Part shown: positions 9,288 through 18,989 of the stretch, one piece after another
How the letters are laid out: every line of letters starts with the position of its first letter
Numbering within the stretch: position 1 is the first letter of the stretch
Assembly: GCA_044222475.1 (NCBI GenBank)
Contig: JBGANF010000063.1
Location: forward strand, 1-42,604
Reading direction: 5' to 3'
DNA length: 42,604 nucleotides
DNA from: Polyangiaceae bacterium
GTDB taxonomy: Bacteria; Myxococcota_A; Polyangia; Polyangiales; Polyangiaceae
The notes under the pieces: generated by a model
Database searches by the model: none
What the model was told of the DNA's origin: nothing
The model's input: the letters and a program-made list of their open reading frames with translations, nothing else
Translations under genes and position numbers: made by a program

Positions 9288-9971
9288 TCAGTACCGGAGC
9301 ACGCTCTCGACCCGAACCGGGAGCAGCTTCTCGCGGCCGCCGAGGAAGCCGAGCTCCACCACGAAGGCGTACGATACGACGTAAGCGTTCTGGACGCGGA
9401 CCAGCTCCGCCGCCGCGCGCGCGGTGCCGCCGGTCGCAAGGAGATCGTCGACGACGACGACCCGCGACTCGGACGCGAGCGACTCGCGGTGCATCTCCAA
9501 CCGCGCGGTCGAGTACTCGGTGTCGTAGGTGACGCTGTCAGTCGCGCCGGGGAGCTTCCCCGGCTTGCGCGCGGGCACGAAGCTCGCGTTGAGGCGCGCG
9601 GCGAGGGCCGCACCGAAGATGAAGCCTCGCGCTTCGACGCCGACGATGGCGTCGATGTGCTCGCCGATGAACCGCTCGGCGAGAGAGTCGAGCACGATGT
9701 GGAACGCGCGCGGGCTCGCGAGCAGCGGGGTGATGTCCTTGAAGATGATCCCGGGCTTCGGAAAGTCCGGGATGTCGCGGATGCGCGACGCGGCGAACGC
9801 GAGCGCGTCGAGGCCGTCGATCGCGGGCACCGACCCGGGCGGCGGCGGCACGCGGCGCTCCTCGGGGCTGCGCGCGCGCGCACGCTCGGGCTTGCTGCGC
9901 TTGTCGAGCTTCGGGGTGCGCTTGGGACGGCGCGAGGCGAGGGGCGGGCGCGTCTTCGGTTTGCTGGGCAT
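9288..9971 (-). CDS. apt: Adenine phosphoribosyltransferase
   Basis: IRDIPDFPKPGIIFKDITPLL, EARGFIFG, RKPGKLP and PRPP motif VVVVDDLLATGGT. Start placed at ATG 9971; a later start is possible. Confidence 0.95.
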   Translation of the reverse strand: MPSKPKTRPPLASRRPKRTPKLDKRSKPERARARSPEERRVPPPPGSVPAIDGLDALAFAASRIRDIPDFPKPGIIFKDITPLLASPRAFHIVLDSLAERFIGEHIDAIVGVEARGFIFGAALAARLNASFVPARKPGKLPGATDSVTYDTEYSTARLEMHRESLASESRVVVVDDLLATGGTARAAAELVRVQNAYVVSYAFVVELGFLGGREKLLPVRVESVLRY

Positions 9972-9994
9972 GGGGCGACGCGAGGTTAGAAGAG

Positions 9995-10747
9995 TCAGAG
10001 GTTTTTCACCAGGTGCTCCACGAGAGGAAGCTCGGCTTGGGCAGTCAGGTCGAGGATCAAGGGCGTGACCGAGGCGAACCCCGCGTCGTGCGCGTCGGTG
10101 TCGCTGCCGGGATCCGGATCGTGGTGCACGCCCGAGCCGCCGAGCCATAGGTACTCGCGTCCGCGCGGATCGGTGCGCTCGTCGAGAACCTCTTCGTAGT
10201 TGCGCGCTCCGAGGCGCGCCGCCCGCACTCCGCCGTTCCACTTCTGAGGCACGTTCACGTTGAGGAGGAGCGCGCTCTTTCCGCGCGGCATCTCGAGCAG
10301 CTTCTCGGCGAAGCGCCGTCCGAGCTCGGCGGTCTTCTCGAAGTCGGCGGGGCTCCGTGCGTGAGCGCTCATCGCGAGGGCGGGGATGCCGCGCATCGCA
10401 CCCTCGCGCGCGGCCGCGACGGTGCCGGAGTAGAAGACGTCCTGCGCGAGGTTCAGCCCGTGGTTGATCCCCGAAACCACCAGGTCGGGCCGGCGCCCGA
10501 GGACCTTGGAGTGGAACAGCGCCACGTACACGCAGTCGGCGGGCGTACCGTCGACTGCGAAGATCCCGTCGTCGACCTTGCGAACGCGGAGTGGCCGGTG
10601 GAGGCTCAGCGAGTGGCTGGACGCGCTCTGCTCGACCTCGGGCGCGACGATGACGACGTCCGCCACCGCGAGCAGGGCTTGGCGGAGCGTGCGGATCCCC
10701 CGTCGCGCGTGACCGTCGTCGTTCGAGAGGAGGATGAGCGGGCGCAT
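9995..10747 (-). CDS. surE: 5'/3'-nucleotidase SurE
   Basis: ILLSNDDG, GTPADCV, VVSGINHG, YSGTVAAA motifs. Confidence 0.95.
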   Translation of the reverse strand: MRPLILLSNDDGHARRGIRTLRQALLAVADVVIVAPEVEQSASSHSLSLHRPLRVRKVDDGIFAVDGTPADCVYVALFHSKVLGRRPDLVVSGINHGLNLAQDVFYSGTVAAAREGAMRGIPALAMSAHARSPADFEKTAELGRRFAEKLLEMPRGKSALLLNVNVPQKWNGGVRAARLGARNYEEVLDERTDPRGREYLWLGGSGVHHDPDPGSDTDAHDAGFASVTPLILDLTAQAELPLVEHLVKNL

Positions 10748-11015
10748 GGATGCGGGCTCTATCTCCTTGCGCTGTGCCCCACAAGCCCGTAAAAGCGGGG
10801 CGTCTTGCGACGCTGTCCAAAATCGCAAGCCGTTTCGCGGGGGAAGAATCCGCGCGACCCTACGTAGTACCCAGCGCTTGACACTTGAAGGGAGAGAAGC
10901 TCCCATTGGCGCCCCACCGGACGAGGGCGTGCCACTGGCTCTCTCCACGGGACCCTCGAAATCTCGGGGATTCCGCGCACGGAACCTCAAGAAGAAAACG
11001 TTTTTAGGAGGAGCT

Positions 11016-11561
11016 ATGAAGTTGGTTGGTCGTAAGCGATACGTGGAAATTGCTCAGATCCTGGGCGCGATGATGCTCATCCTCGGGGCGCTGCTCGCCT
11101 GCAAGGGTGGCAGCTCGTCGTCCGGTGGTGGTTCGTCCGGCACGGCTGCCAAGATGGGCGAGACGGTGACGTTCGATGACTCCGAGTGGGTCGTCGTCGA
11201 AGCGAAGGACGTCGGCAAGACGATGAAGAGCAACTCCGAGTTCAACGACGAGGAGAAGAAGACCGATGGCCGCTTCATCCAGGTCCACTACAAGGTGACG
11301 AACAAGGGCAAGAAGGAAGAGATGCTTCTCGACCGCCCGAAGATCGTCGACGACAAGCAGCGCGAGTTCGGCCCGATCGACATGGAGTCCTTCTATGTCC
11401 CGGCGAAGACCAAGTCGATTGGTCTCGACACGCTCCCGCCGAGCATGCCGCGTGAGTACTGGACCGTGATCGAAGTCCCCGCGGACGCGAAGAGCCTCAA
11501 GTTCGAGCTCCACGGCTTCGGGATCCTCGGCGACAAGAAGACGGTCGACCTCGGCCTCTGA
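11016..11561 (+). CDS. DUF4352-like (Ig-like fold) lipoprotein
   Basis: Strong AGGAGG RBS, lipobox LLAC, Gly/Ser linker, FIQVHYKVTNKGK...KIVDDKQREF...VIEVP pattern. Confidence 0.7.
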   Translation: MKLVGRKRYVEIAQILGAMMLILGALLACKGGSSSSGGGSSGTAAKMGETVTFDDSEWVVVEAKDVGKTMKSNSEFNDEEKKTDGRFIQVHYKVTNKGKKEEMLLDRPKIVDDKQREFGPIDMESFYVPAKTKSIGLDTLPPSMPREYWTVIEVPADAKSLKFELHGFGILGDKKTVDLGL

Positions 11562-11580
11562 TCGCTCGACACAGTGCATG

Positions 11581-11622
11581 GCGGCCACGCTCCCTCGCGG
11601 GATGCGTGGCCGTTCTGCTTTT
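11581..11622 (+). terminator. Probable intrinsic terminator after the DUF4352-like gene
   Basis: Stem GCGGCCACGC-TCCC / GGGA-T-GCGTGGCCGT followed by TCTGCTTTT. Confidence 0.6.
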
Positions 11623-11636
11623 GTCCCGTGTCACCC

Positions 11637-11733
11637 GAGAGAGAGAGAGAGAGAACAGGAAGGGCGGAAGAACGGGAAGGTCCGACCCCAAATCGTCTTC
11701 CAGTTCTTCCATCCTTCCTGTTCTCTCCTCTCT
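11637..11733. repeat. (GA)9 run plus 31-bp imperfect inverted repeat (REP/MITE-like palindrome)
   Basis: Arm 11649-11679 GAGAGAACAGGAAGGGCGGAAGAACGGGAAG versus arm 11697-11727 CTTCCAGTTCTTCCATCCTTCCTGTTCTCTC: 28/31 Watson-Crick pairs. Confidence 0.8.
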
Positions 11734-11741
11734 GCGAGGGC

Positions 11742-11999
11742 TCAGGCGGCGATGCGGGCTTGGCGCGTGGATCGGGGCCGACGAGCCGAGGCGGCGGCGA
11801 GGGCGAGGCCGACGAGGGTGAGGCGGGCTTCGTGGCCGTCGAACGTGAGCACGCCGGCGTGGGCGAGTGCGCGCACGCTGCGCACGAGGTCGGGTCGGGC
11901 GAGGGGCACGCGGAGCTCGAGGGCCGCGAGGTTGCCGGGCCGGCGGTAGCGGTGGAGGCGGAAGAGGGCGCGGAGGAGGTCGAGGTGAACGGGGTGCAT
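11742..11999 (-). CDS. Small basic hypothetical protein, possibly winged-helix
   Basis: 85-aa ORF with host-like codons; LVRSVRALAHAGVL...ARLTLVG resembles a wHTH recognition helix plus wing. Confidence 0.55.
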   Translation of the reverse strand: MHPVHLDLLRALFRLHRYRRPGNLAALELRVPLARPDLVRSVRALAHAGVLTFDGHEARLTLVGLALAAASARRPRSTRQARIAA

Positions 12000-12036
12000 G
12001 TTCAGTGGTTTAGTTCAGTGCTGATTGCATGCACAG
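12000..12036. promoter_or_regulatory. Candidate LexA-type operator cluster
   Basis: GTTCAGTG direct repeat (12000-12007, 12013-12020) and CTG-N10-CAG box (12021-12036) directly upstream of the ATG at 11999. Confidence 0.4.
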
Positions 12037-12071
12037 TTTGTGGGTACGATTTTTCGTAACCCCTTGATCTC

Positions 12072-13898
12072 GTGTCGAAAAGACCAGTGAGGAGTGGTAA
12101 CGATGCGAGCGTGAGCGGGGTCGAAGAACACGAGCGGCTTCGAGTCGCGCGGAGGAAGGAGCACGCGGCGCTGGATGCCCGCTATCGGCTCATTGGGACC
12201 GCTCGGCTCCTCGTGGCCCTCGGGACGATCGCGCTGCTCGGGGCGATCGTGTGGGCTCCGCTCGACCACGTGGCGTACCTGGGCGTCCTCGCGCTCGGTG
12301 CGATCTTCATCGCGTTGGCGGTGGTCCACGTCGGCGTCGATCGACGTCGAGAAGACGCGGCGACGGCGATCACGTTCCACGATCGCGCGCTCGCGCGCAT
12401 GACGGATCAGTGGCGCACGGTGATCCCGGTTCCGACGCGGACGATCGCCGCGGGTCATCGCTACGCGTCCGACGTCGACCTCGTCGGCAAGGCGTCGGTC
12501 GTGCAGTGGCTCGACGTCACCGCCACGAAGTTCGGAGAGGACGCGCTCCTCGGTTGGCTCCTCGAGCACGGCGACGCTTCCGTGATTCGCGAGCGTCAGG
12601 AGGCCGCGAAGGAGCTCGCGCCCGACGTCGAGTTTCGGGAGCGGCTTCACGTGCTCGGCGCGCGCGCGGCGGCGGCGCGCGAGCTCGCCGCGTTCTTCAC
12701 CTTCGCCGAGAGCAAGGACCCGCCGCGCATCGGCGGCGCGCTCCGCGCGTTCGCGATCGTCTGGCCGTGCGTGATCCTGGGCTCGATCGCCTACGGTCGC
12801 GCGGTCGGGTGGCCCGCCGGGTTCATGCTGATCCCGTACTTCGTCGGCTTCGTCGCGTCGCTCGCGCTCCGAGGAATCACCGGTCCGATCGTCGCGCTGG
12901 CGACGTCGAAGGAGAGCGCGATCGCCACCTATGCACCCGTGCTCGATCTCGTCGAGAAGCGGAAGCTCACCGCCCCTGCGCTGGTGCGCCTCCGCGACGC
13001 GCTCGCCTCCGGTGACCGCTCGGCGGCGCGCGCCACGTCGTCGCTCGCGACCATCACCGGCTTCCTCGACGCGCTCGGGAACGAGGTCTTCCGTCTCTTC
13101 TTCGCCCCCTTCTTGATGTGGGAGCTCAACGGCGCGTTCCTGATCGAGCGCTGGCGAGCGCGGTACGGCGGGACGCTGCGCGGCGCGTTCGAAGCGCTCG
13201 GCGCGCTCGAAGCCCTCTCGAGCTTCGCGGGAGCCGCGTTCGAGAACCCGGAGTACGCGTGGCCCGAGATCGCCGCCGAGCCGTGCTTCGTCGCCACCGG
13301 TCTCGCCCACCCGCTCTTGGCGAAGAAGACGCGCGTCGCCAACGACGTCACCCTCGCCGAGAAGGGGAAGGCGCTCCTCGTGACCGGCTCGAACATGTCG
13401 GGCAAGTCGACCCTGATGCGCGCCGTGGGCGTCAACGTCGTCCTCGCGCTCGCCGGCGCGCCGGTGTGCGCGAAGGAGATGAAGCTCGGGGTGGTGCGCC
13501 TCGCGACGAGCATGCGCGTCGAGGACTCGCTCGCGGAGGGCACCTCGCACTTCTACGCCGAGCTCCTGCGGCTCAAGCTCATCGTCGACGAGTCGAAGAA
13601 GGGCCCCGTGCTCTTTCTCCTCGACGAGATCCTCCACGGCACGAACTCGCGCGAGCGCATCCTGGGCGCGCGCGCCGTCGTGCGCGATCTCCTCGCCCAC
13701 GGCGCGCTCGGCGCGGTCTCCACGCACGACCTCGGCCTCTCCGACATGGAGAAGGAGACGCCGGACGTCGTGAAGAACGTGCACTTCCAGGAGCAAGTCG
13801 AGGGCGAGAAGATGACCTTCGACTATCGGTTGCGCGAAGGAGTCGTCCAGAGCTCGAACGCGCTCCGCCTCATGAAGGCGCTCGGACTGCCGGTCTGA
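12072..13898 (+). CDS. MutS-related membrane protein (MutS domain V ATPase with N-terminal TM helices)
   Basis: HP...VANDV, Walker A TGSNMSGKST, SHFYAELLRLK, Walker B LFLLDEILHGTN, STHD. Lacks mismatch-binding domains. Start may be GTG 12111. Confidence 0.9.
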   Translation: MSKRPVRSGNDASVSGVEEHERLRVARRKEHAALDARYRLIGTARLLVALGTIALLGAIVWAPLDHVAYLGVLALGAIFIALAVVHVGVDRRREDAATAITFHDRALARMTDQWRTVIPVPTRTIAAGHRYASDVDLVGKASVVQWLDVTATKFGEDALLGWLLEHGDASVIRERQEAAKELAPDVEFRERLHVLGARAAAARELAAFFTFAESKDPPRIGGALRAFAIVWPCVILGSIAYGRAVGWPAGFMLIPYFVGFVASLALRGITGPIVALATSKESAIATYAPVLDLVEKRKLTAPALVRLRDALASGDRSAARATSSLATITGFLDALGNEVFRLFFAPFLMWELNGAFLIERWRARYGGTLRGAFEALGALEALSSFAGAAFENPEYAWPEIAAEPCFVATGLAHPLLAKKTRVANDVTLAEKGKALLVTGSNMSGKSTLMRAVGVNVVLALAGAPVCAKEMKLGVVRLATSMRVEDSLAEGTSHFYAELLRLKLIVDESKKGPVLFLLDEILHGTNSRERILGARAVVRDLLAHGALGAVSTHDLGLSDMEKETPDVVKNVHFQEQVEGEKMTFDYRLREGVVQSSNALRLMKALGLPV

Positions 13899-14023
13899 CC
13901 CAAGCGCGCATCCTTTGCGTTCGGGTGCACGGACTTCGTCCGCTCGAAAGCGAAGGAATTTCGCCGCGGCTCAAAAACCACCGGAAATGTAGCGGCACGG
14001 GGGTTGCCTAGGGGAGCCTCGAA

Positions 14024-16426
14024 ATGAGCGCGCACGCGCAAGGCATTCGGGGGGTGGGGCCGGTCACCGAGCTCCCCTCGACTCCGTGCGTGGACTGCGC
14101 GCACTGCGGGCTGCCGCTCGAGCGCGGTGCGACGTCGCCGTTCTGTTGCACCGGATGCGAGTCGGTTCACGGCCTGCTGCGGGAGGAAAACCTCGAGCGA
14201 TACTACGACCTTCGCGGTGCGCGCGGGCTCCCGGTCACGCGGGTCGACGCTCGCAAGCGAGACACCAAGTGGCTCGAAGAGATCGAAGCTCGAGTGGCTG
14301 GCGCGTCCGGGATCGAGCGCGTCGACGTCGACGTGCAGGGCCTGCACTGCAGCGCTTGCGTGTGGCTCCTCGACGAGCTCTTCCGCCGCGAGCAGGGCGG
14401 GGTGAACGTCATCGTGAACCCGACGCTGGGAACGATGTCGCTCTCGGTGGAGCGCGCGTTCCCTCTTCGGCACTTCGTCGAGCAGGTCGAGGCGTTCGGC
14501 TACCTCGTCGGTGCGCGCACGCGCTCGACCGCGTCGCCAGCGCGCGGGCTCCTCTTTCGGCTCGGCATCTGCGTCGCTCTCACGATGAACGTGATGATCT
14601 TCGCGATCGCGATCTACGCCGGCCTCGCCAGCGGTCCGATCCACGAGCTGTTCGTCGATCTCGAGCTCGTTCTCGCGACGCTCGCGGTCGTGATCGGCGG
14701 GAGCGTCTTTTTCCGCACCGCGTTCGCGGCGCTCGGTCGCAAGGTCCTCCACCTCGATCTCCCGATCGCGCTGGGCATCGCGGCGGCGTACGCCGGCTCG
14801 CTCCACTCGTGGCTCACGGGGCGCGAGGCGTACTTCGACACGCTCTGCGTCTTCATCACGTTGATGCTGGTCGGGCGCTTCCTCCAGCAGCGCGCCCTCG
14901 AGAAGAACCGCCGCATGCTGCTCGACGGCGACGACGTCGCGGGCCTCCTCGCGCGCCGCCTCGACTCGAGCGGACGACCGGAGATCGTGTCGTGCACGTC
15001 CATCGTCACGGGCGATCGTCTCGTCGTCGCGCCGTTCGATCTGGTGCCGGTCGACGGTGCCGCCGTCGAGGACGCGTCGTGCTCGCTCGACTGGATCAAC
15101 GGCGAGAGTCGGGTGCGGACCTTCGCGAGCGGCCAGGTGATTCCCGCGGGCGCGTTCAACGCCGGCTCGTCGACGTTCGTCGTCGAGGCTCGGACCGACT
15201 TCGCGCACTCGGCGCTCACCGACATCCTCCGTACGCCGCCGCGCGCGGTCGGAGGGCGCCCGGCCGAGACTCCCTTCTGGAAGCGCTACGCCCCGACCTA
15301 CGTCGTCTCGGTCCTCGTGCTCGCGACCGGCGCGTTCGCGTTGTGGTTCGCGCTCACCCGCGACGTACACCACGCCCTCTCGGTGACGACTGCGCTGCTG
15401 GTCGTCACGTGTCCGTGCGCGTTCGGGATCGCGACGCCGCTCGCGTACGAGATCGTCCGCTCCGCGCTCCGTCGCGGGGGGCTCTTCGTTCGCTCGAGCG
15501 GGTTCCTCGATCGCGCGACGCTCGTACGTCGCGTCGTCTTCGACAAGACCGGCACCCTCACCGAGGGAACGCTCGGCCTCGCCGACGCGTCTCCGCTCGA
15601 GTCCCTCGATGCGAACGCGAAGGCGATCCTCGCGCGCCTCGCCGGCGAGTCGACGCATCCGAAGGGCGCGGCGGTTCACGAGGCGCTGCGCACGGTGAAG
15701 GCGGCGGCGGACGTGAGCGTGATCGAGGTCGTCGGTCGAGGCGTGGAGGCCGTCGTGTCCGGCACGCGCTACCGGTTCGGCGAGCCGCGCTGGGTCGCGG
15801 GAAGCGCAGGTCGCGGCGACGTCGCGTTCGGCGCGGACGGCGGCCTGCTCGCCGCGTTCACGACCGTGGAGCGCCTTCGCCCCGACGCCCGTCGCGAGGT
15901 CGAGCGACTGCGTCGTCGCGGTCTCGAGGTCTGGATGCTGAGCGGCGACGAGCCCGCGCGGGTGGCGGACATCGCCGCTGCGGTGGGCGTGCCCGCCGAG
16001 CGCGCGATCGGCGGCCTCTCTCCGGCCGACAAGGCGAGCTGGATCGCCGAACACGACCGGGGTGACACGCTGATGATCGGCGACGGCATCAACGATCTGC
16101 CGGCGGTCGCGAAGGCGTTCTGCTCGGGGACGCCGGCGGTCGACCGTCCGTTCGTGGCCGCGCGCTCCGACTTCTACTTCACCACCGCCGGCCTCGGCCC
16201 GATCGCCGACGCGCTCGCCGCGAGCCACGCGCTCGCTCGGGTCGTGCGTCGCAACCTCGCGGTCGCCGTCGCCTACAACGGGCTGGCGGTCGCGCTCTGC
16301 TACGCGGGGTTGATGACGCCGCTGCTCTGCGCGGTGCTCATGCCGGTGAGCTCTCTCGGGACGATCGTGGCGACCGTTTTGTCGCTCGCGCCAGGACGCG
16401 GAAGGAGCAGCGGATGGAGATCATAG
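14024..16426 (+). CDS. ccoI: Cu-translocating P1B-type ATPase CcoI/FixI
   Basis: CAHCG...FCCTGC N-terminus, HMA GLHCSAC, intramembrane CPC, DKTGT, GDGIND; first gene of the cbb3 operon. Confidence 0.9.
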   Translation: MSAHAQGIRGVGPVTELPSTPCVDCAHCGLPLERGATSPFCCTGCESVHGLLREENLERYYDLRGARGLPVTRVDARKRDTKWLEEIEARVAGASGIERVDVDVQGLHCSACVWLLDELFRREQGGVNVIVNPTLGTMSLSVERAFPLRHFVEQVEAFGYLVGARTRSTASPARGLLFRLGICVALTMNVMIFAIAIYAGLASGPIHELFVDLELVLATLAVVIGGSVFFRTAFAALGRKVLHLDLPIALGIAAAYAGSLHSWLTGREAYFDTLCVFITLMLVGRFLQQRALEKNRRMLLDGDDVAGLLARRLDSSGRPEIVSCTSIVTGDRLVVAPFDLVPVDGAAVEDASCSLDWINGESRVRTFASGQVIPAGAFNAGSSTFVVEARTDFAHSALTDILRTPPRAVGGRPAETPFWKRYAPTYVVSVLVLATGAFALWFALTRDVHHALSVTTALLVVTCPCAFGIATPLAYEIVRSALRRGGLFVRSSGFLDRATLVRRVVFDKTGTLTEGTLGLADASPLESLDANAKAILARLAGESTHPKGAAVHEALRTVKAAADVSVIEVVGRGVEAVVSGTRYRFGEPRWVAGSAGRGDVAFGADGGLLAAFTTVERLRPDARREVERLRRRGLEVWMLSGDEPARVADIAAAVGVPAERAIGGLSPADKASWIAEHDRGDTLMIGDGINDLPAVAKAFCSGTPAVDRPFVAARSDFYFTTAGLGPIADALAASHALARVVRRNLAVAVAYNGLAVALCYAGLMTPLLCAVLMPVSSLGTIVATVLSLAPGRGRSSGWRS

Positions 16427-16569
16427 CGATGCAGGTGTTCGTGAGCCTGATGCTCGTCCTGAGCTCGGTGGTCCTGTTTTGGTTTTCGAGTCGGCAGCGC
16501 GATTTCGATCACACCGATCGCCTCGCGCTCTTGCCGATGGAGTCCGACGATCCGGAGAAGGAGTCTTGA
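16414..16569 (+). CDS. ccoS: cbb3-type cytochrome oxidase assembly protein CcoS/FixS
   Basis: Not in the ORF track. Hand translation MEIIAMQVFVSLMLVLSSVVLFWFSSRQRDFDHTDRLALLPMESDDPEKES*: one TM then xDFD; lies between ccoI and ccoN. Confidence 0.85.
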   Translation: MEIIAMQVFVSLMLVLSSVVLFWFSSRQRDFDHTDRLALLPMESDDPEKES

Positions 16570-18989
16570 TGATGGGTACGACGAAAGCCGACGAGGCCGA
16601 GGACGAGGCGCCGCTCGAGGCCGCCGAAGACGTTCCCACGAACGGGAAAATCACCAAGGAGAAGATCACCTACAACGACGACGTCGTGCGGTGGTTCATC
16701 CTCGCGTCGCTCCTCTTCGGCGTGATCGGGATGCTCGTCGGCGTGGTCGTCGCGCTTCAGCTCGCGTACTGGCAGGCGAACGTCCACCCGATTCTCTCCT
16801 TCGGGCGCCTCAGGCCGCTCCACACGAACGCGGTCATCTTCGCGTTCGTCGGCAACATGATGTTCGCCGGCGTCTACTACTCGGCCCAGCGCCTGCTCAA
16901 GGCGCGGCTCGCGTCCGACGTGCTGAGCAAGGTCCACTTCTGGGGCTGGCAGCTCATCATCTTGTCGGCCGCGATCACGCTCCCGCTGGGGTACACCCAA
17001 GCGAAGGAGTACGCCGAGCTCGAGTGGCCCATCGACATCGCCATCGCGGCGGTTTGGGTGGTCTTCGCGATCAACTTCTTCTGGACCGTGGCGAAGCGCC
17101 GCGAGAAACACCTCTACGTCGCGATCTGGTTCTACATCGCGACGATCATCACCGTCGCCGTGCTTCACATCGTGAACAGCTTGGCCATCCCGGTGCTGTC
17201 GGCCGGTCTCAAGAGCTACTCGATCTACGGCGGCGCGAAGGATGCGCTCGTGCAGTGGTGGTACGCGCACAACGCCGTCGCGTTCTTCCTCACCACGCCG
17301 ATCCTCGGCATCATGTACTACTTCGTGCCGAAGGCGGTTCAGCGGCCGGTCTACTCCTACCGCCTGAGCATCGTCCACTTCTGGGCGCTCATCTTCCTCT
17401 ACATCTGGGCGGGGCCGCACCACCTCCTCAACACCGCGCTGCCGGAGTGGGCGCAGTCGCTCGGCATGATCTTCAGCGTCATGCTCTGGGCGCCGAGTTG
17501 GGGCGGCATGATCAACGGTCTGCTCACGCTGCGTGGCGCGTGGGACAAACTGCGGACGGATCCGGTCGTGAAGTTCTACGCCGCCGGCGTGACGTTCTAC
17601 GGGATGGCGACCTTCGAAGGTCCGCTCCTCTCGATCCGCAGCGTGAACGGGCTCGCGCACTACACCGACTGGATCATCGGTCACGTCCACTCCGGCGCGC
17701 TCGGGTGGAACGGCTTCATGGCCGCCGGGATGTTCTACTGGCTCGTCCCCAGGCTCTGGGGGAAGAAGGAGCTGCACTCGAAGGAGCTCGCGAACTACCA
17801 CTTCTACGTCGGGACGTTCGGCATCCTCCTCTACGTCGTCGCGATGTGGGTCAGCGGCGTCACGCAAGGCCTCATGTGGCGCGAGATGACCGACGACGGT
17901 GGGCTCAAGTATCAGTTCATCGAGACGGTCGAGAAGATCCGGCTCATGTACTGGATGCGCCTCATCGGCGGCAGCCTCTACCTCGTGGGCTTCCTGATGA
18001 TGGTCTACAACCTCGCGATGACGATCTCCGGCGGGAAGACCGTCAAGTCGGAGGCGACCGTCGTCGTCCCGGCGCGCCCGACCAACGAGCCGACCTGGGG
18101 ATCGATCGTCTTCTCGACCCCGGTGATCCTCTGCCTCGTGGTCTGCATCCTGGTGGGCTCGGTCGCGGTCGTCAACGCGACCGCGAGCGTGTTCTTCGTG
18201 ACCCTCGCAGGCTTCGTCGCCATGACCGGTGTGATCGTCGTCCAGCTCTCCCGGCGGCAAGGCGAGGTGAGCTGGCATCGAATCATCGAAGGTCGCGCGA
18301 TCATCTTCACCGTCTTCGCGCTCGTCGCGATCCTCGTCGGCGGCGTGTCGGAGCTCATTCCGGTCGTCGTCGTGCAGGCGCCGGTCGCGAACGTCGGACA
18401 ACGCCCGTATCGACCGCTCGAGCTCGAAGGGCGCGACGTCTACATCCGCGAGGGATGCTTCAACTGTCACTCGCAGATGATCCGCGCGTTCCCGTACGAG
18501 GCGAAGCGGTACGGCGCGAACCCCTCCGACATCTCGGTGATGAGCGACTCCCAGTACGACCACCCGTTCCTGTGGGGCTCGAAGCGCACCGGGCCGGACC
18601 TCGCGCGGGAGGGCATCAAGAACGCCGACCCCGTGTGGCACTACAAGCACTTCATGGATCCGCGGTCCATGACCGAGGGCTCCAACATGCCGCCCTACGG
18701 GCACTTCGTCGACGGTCGCGTCGACGTCACGAAGACCGCCGACAAGCTCCGCGCCATGCAGGCGATCGGGGTGCCCTACACCCAGGCGGACATCGACGGC
18801 GCCCAGGCCGACGCCAAGGCGCAGGGCGACGTGATCGCGAAGAAGCTCGCCGCGGACGGCTTCGTCGTCGACCCCGCCTCCGACATGGTCGCGATCATCG
18901 CGTACATCCAGTCGATCGGCGTCATCCCGGCGTCGGCGAAAGAGGGCGCGAAGGTCGCCACCGCGAGCGAACCGAAGGGAGGCCAGTGA
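16569..18989 (+). CDS. ccoNO: cbb3-type cytochrome c oxidase fused subunits I/II (CcoN-CcoO)
   Basis: CcoN motifs GRLRPLHTN, WWYAHNAV, WAGPHH, IIGHVH, then CcoO EGCFNCHSQ and WGSKRTGPDL in one frame. Confidence 0.97.
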   Translation: MMGTTKADEAEDEAPLEAAEDVPTNGKITKEKITYNDDVVRWFILASLLFGVIGMLVGVVVALQLAYWQANVHPILSFGRLRPLHTNAVIFAFVGNMMFAGVYYSAQRLLKARLASDVLSKVHFWGWQLIILSAAITLPLGYTQAKEYAELEWPIDIAIAAVWVVFAINFFWTVAKRREKHLYVAIWFYIATIITVAVLHIVNSLAIPVLSAGLKSYSIYGGAKDALVQWWYAHNAVAFFLTTPILGIMYYFVPKAVQRPVYSYRLSIVHFWALIFLYIWAGPHHLLNTALPEWAQSLGMIFSVMLWAPSWGGMINGLLTLRGAWDKLRTDPVVKFYAAGVTFYGMATFEGPLLSIRSVNGLAHYTDWIIGHVHSGALGWNGFMAAGMFYWLVPRLWGKKELHSKELANYHFYVGTFGILLYVVAMWVSGVTQGLMWREMTDDGGLKYQFIETVEKIRLMYWMRLIGGSLYLVGFLMMVYNLAMTISGGKTVKSEATVVVPARPTNEPTWGSIVFSTPVILCLVVCILVGSVAVVNATASVFFVTLAGFVAMTGVIVVQLSRRQGEVSWHRIIEGRAIIFTVFALVAILVGGVSELIPVVVVQAPVANVGQRPYRPLELEGRDVYIREGCFNCHSQMIRAFPYEAKRYGANPSDISVMSDSQYDHPFLWGSKRTGPDLAREGIKNADPVWHYKHFMDPRSMTEGSNMPPYGHFVDGRVDVTKTADKLRAMQAIGVPYTQADIDGAQADAKAQGDVIAKKLAADGFVVDPASDMVAIIAYIQSIGVIPASAKEGAKVATASEPKGGQ

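Noticed and set aside
13899..14023. FNR/Anr box upstream of the cbb3 operon
   Set aside because: No TTGAT-N4-ATCAA-like site is visible.
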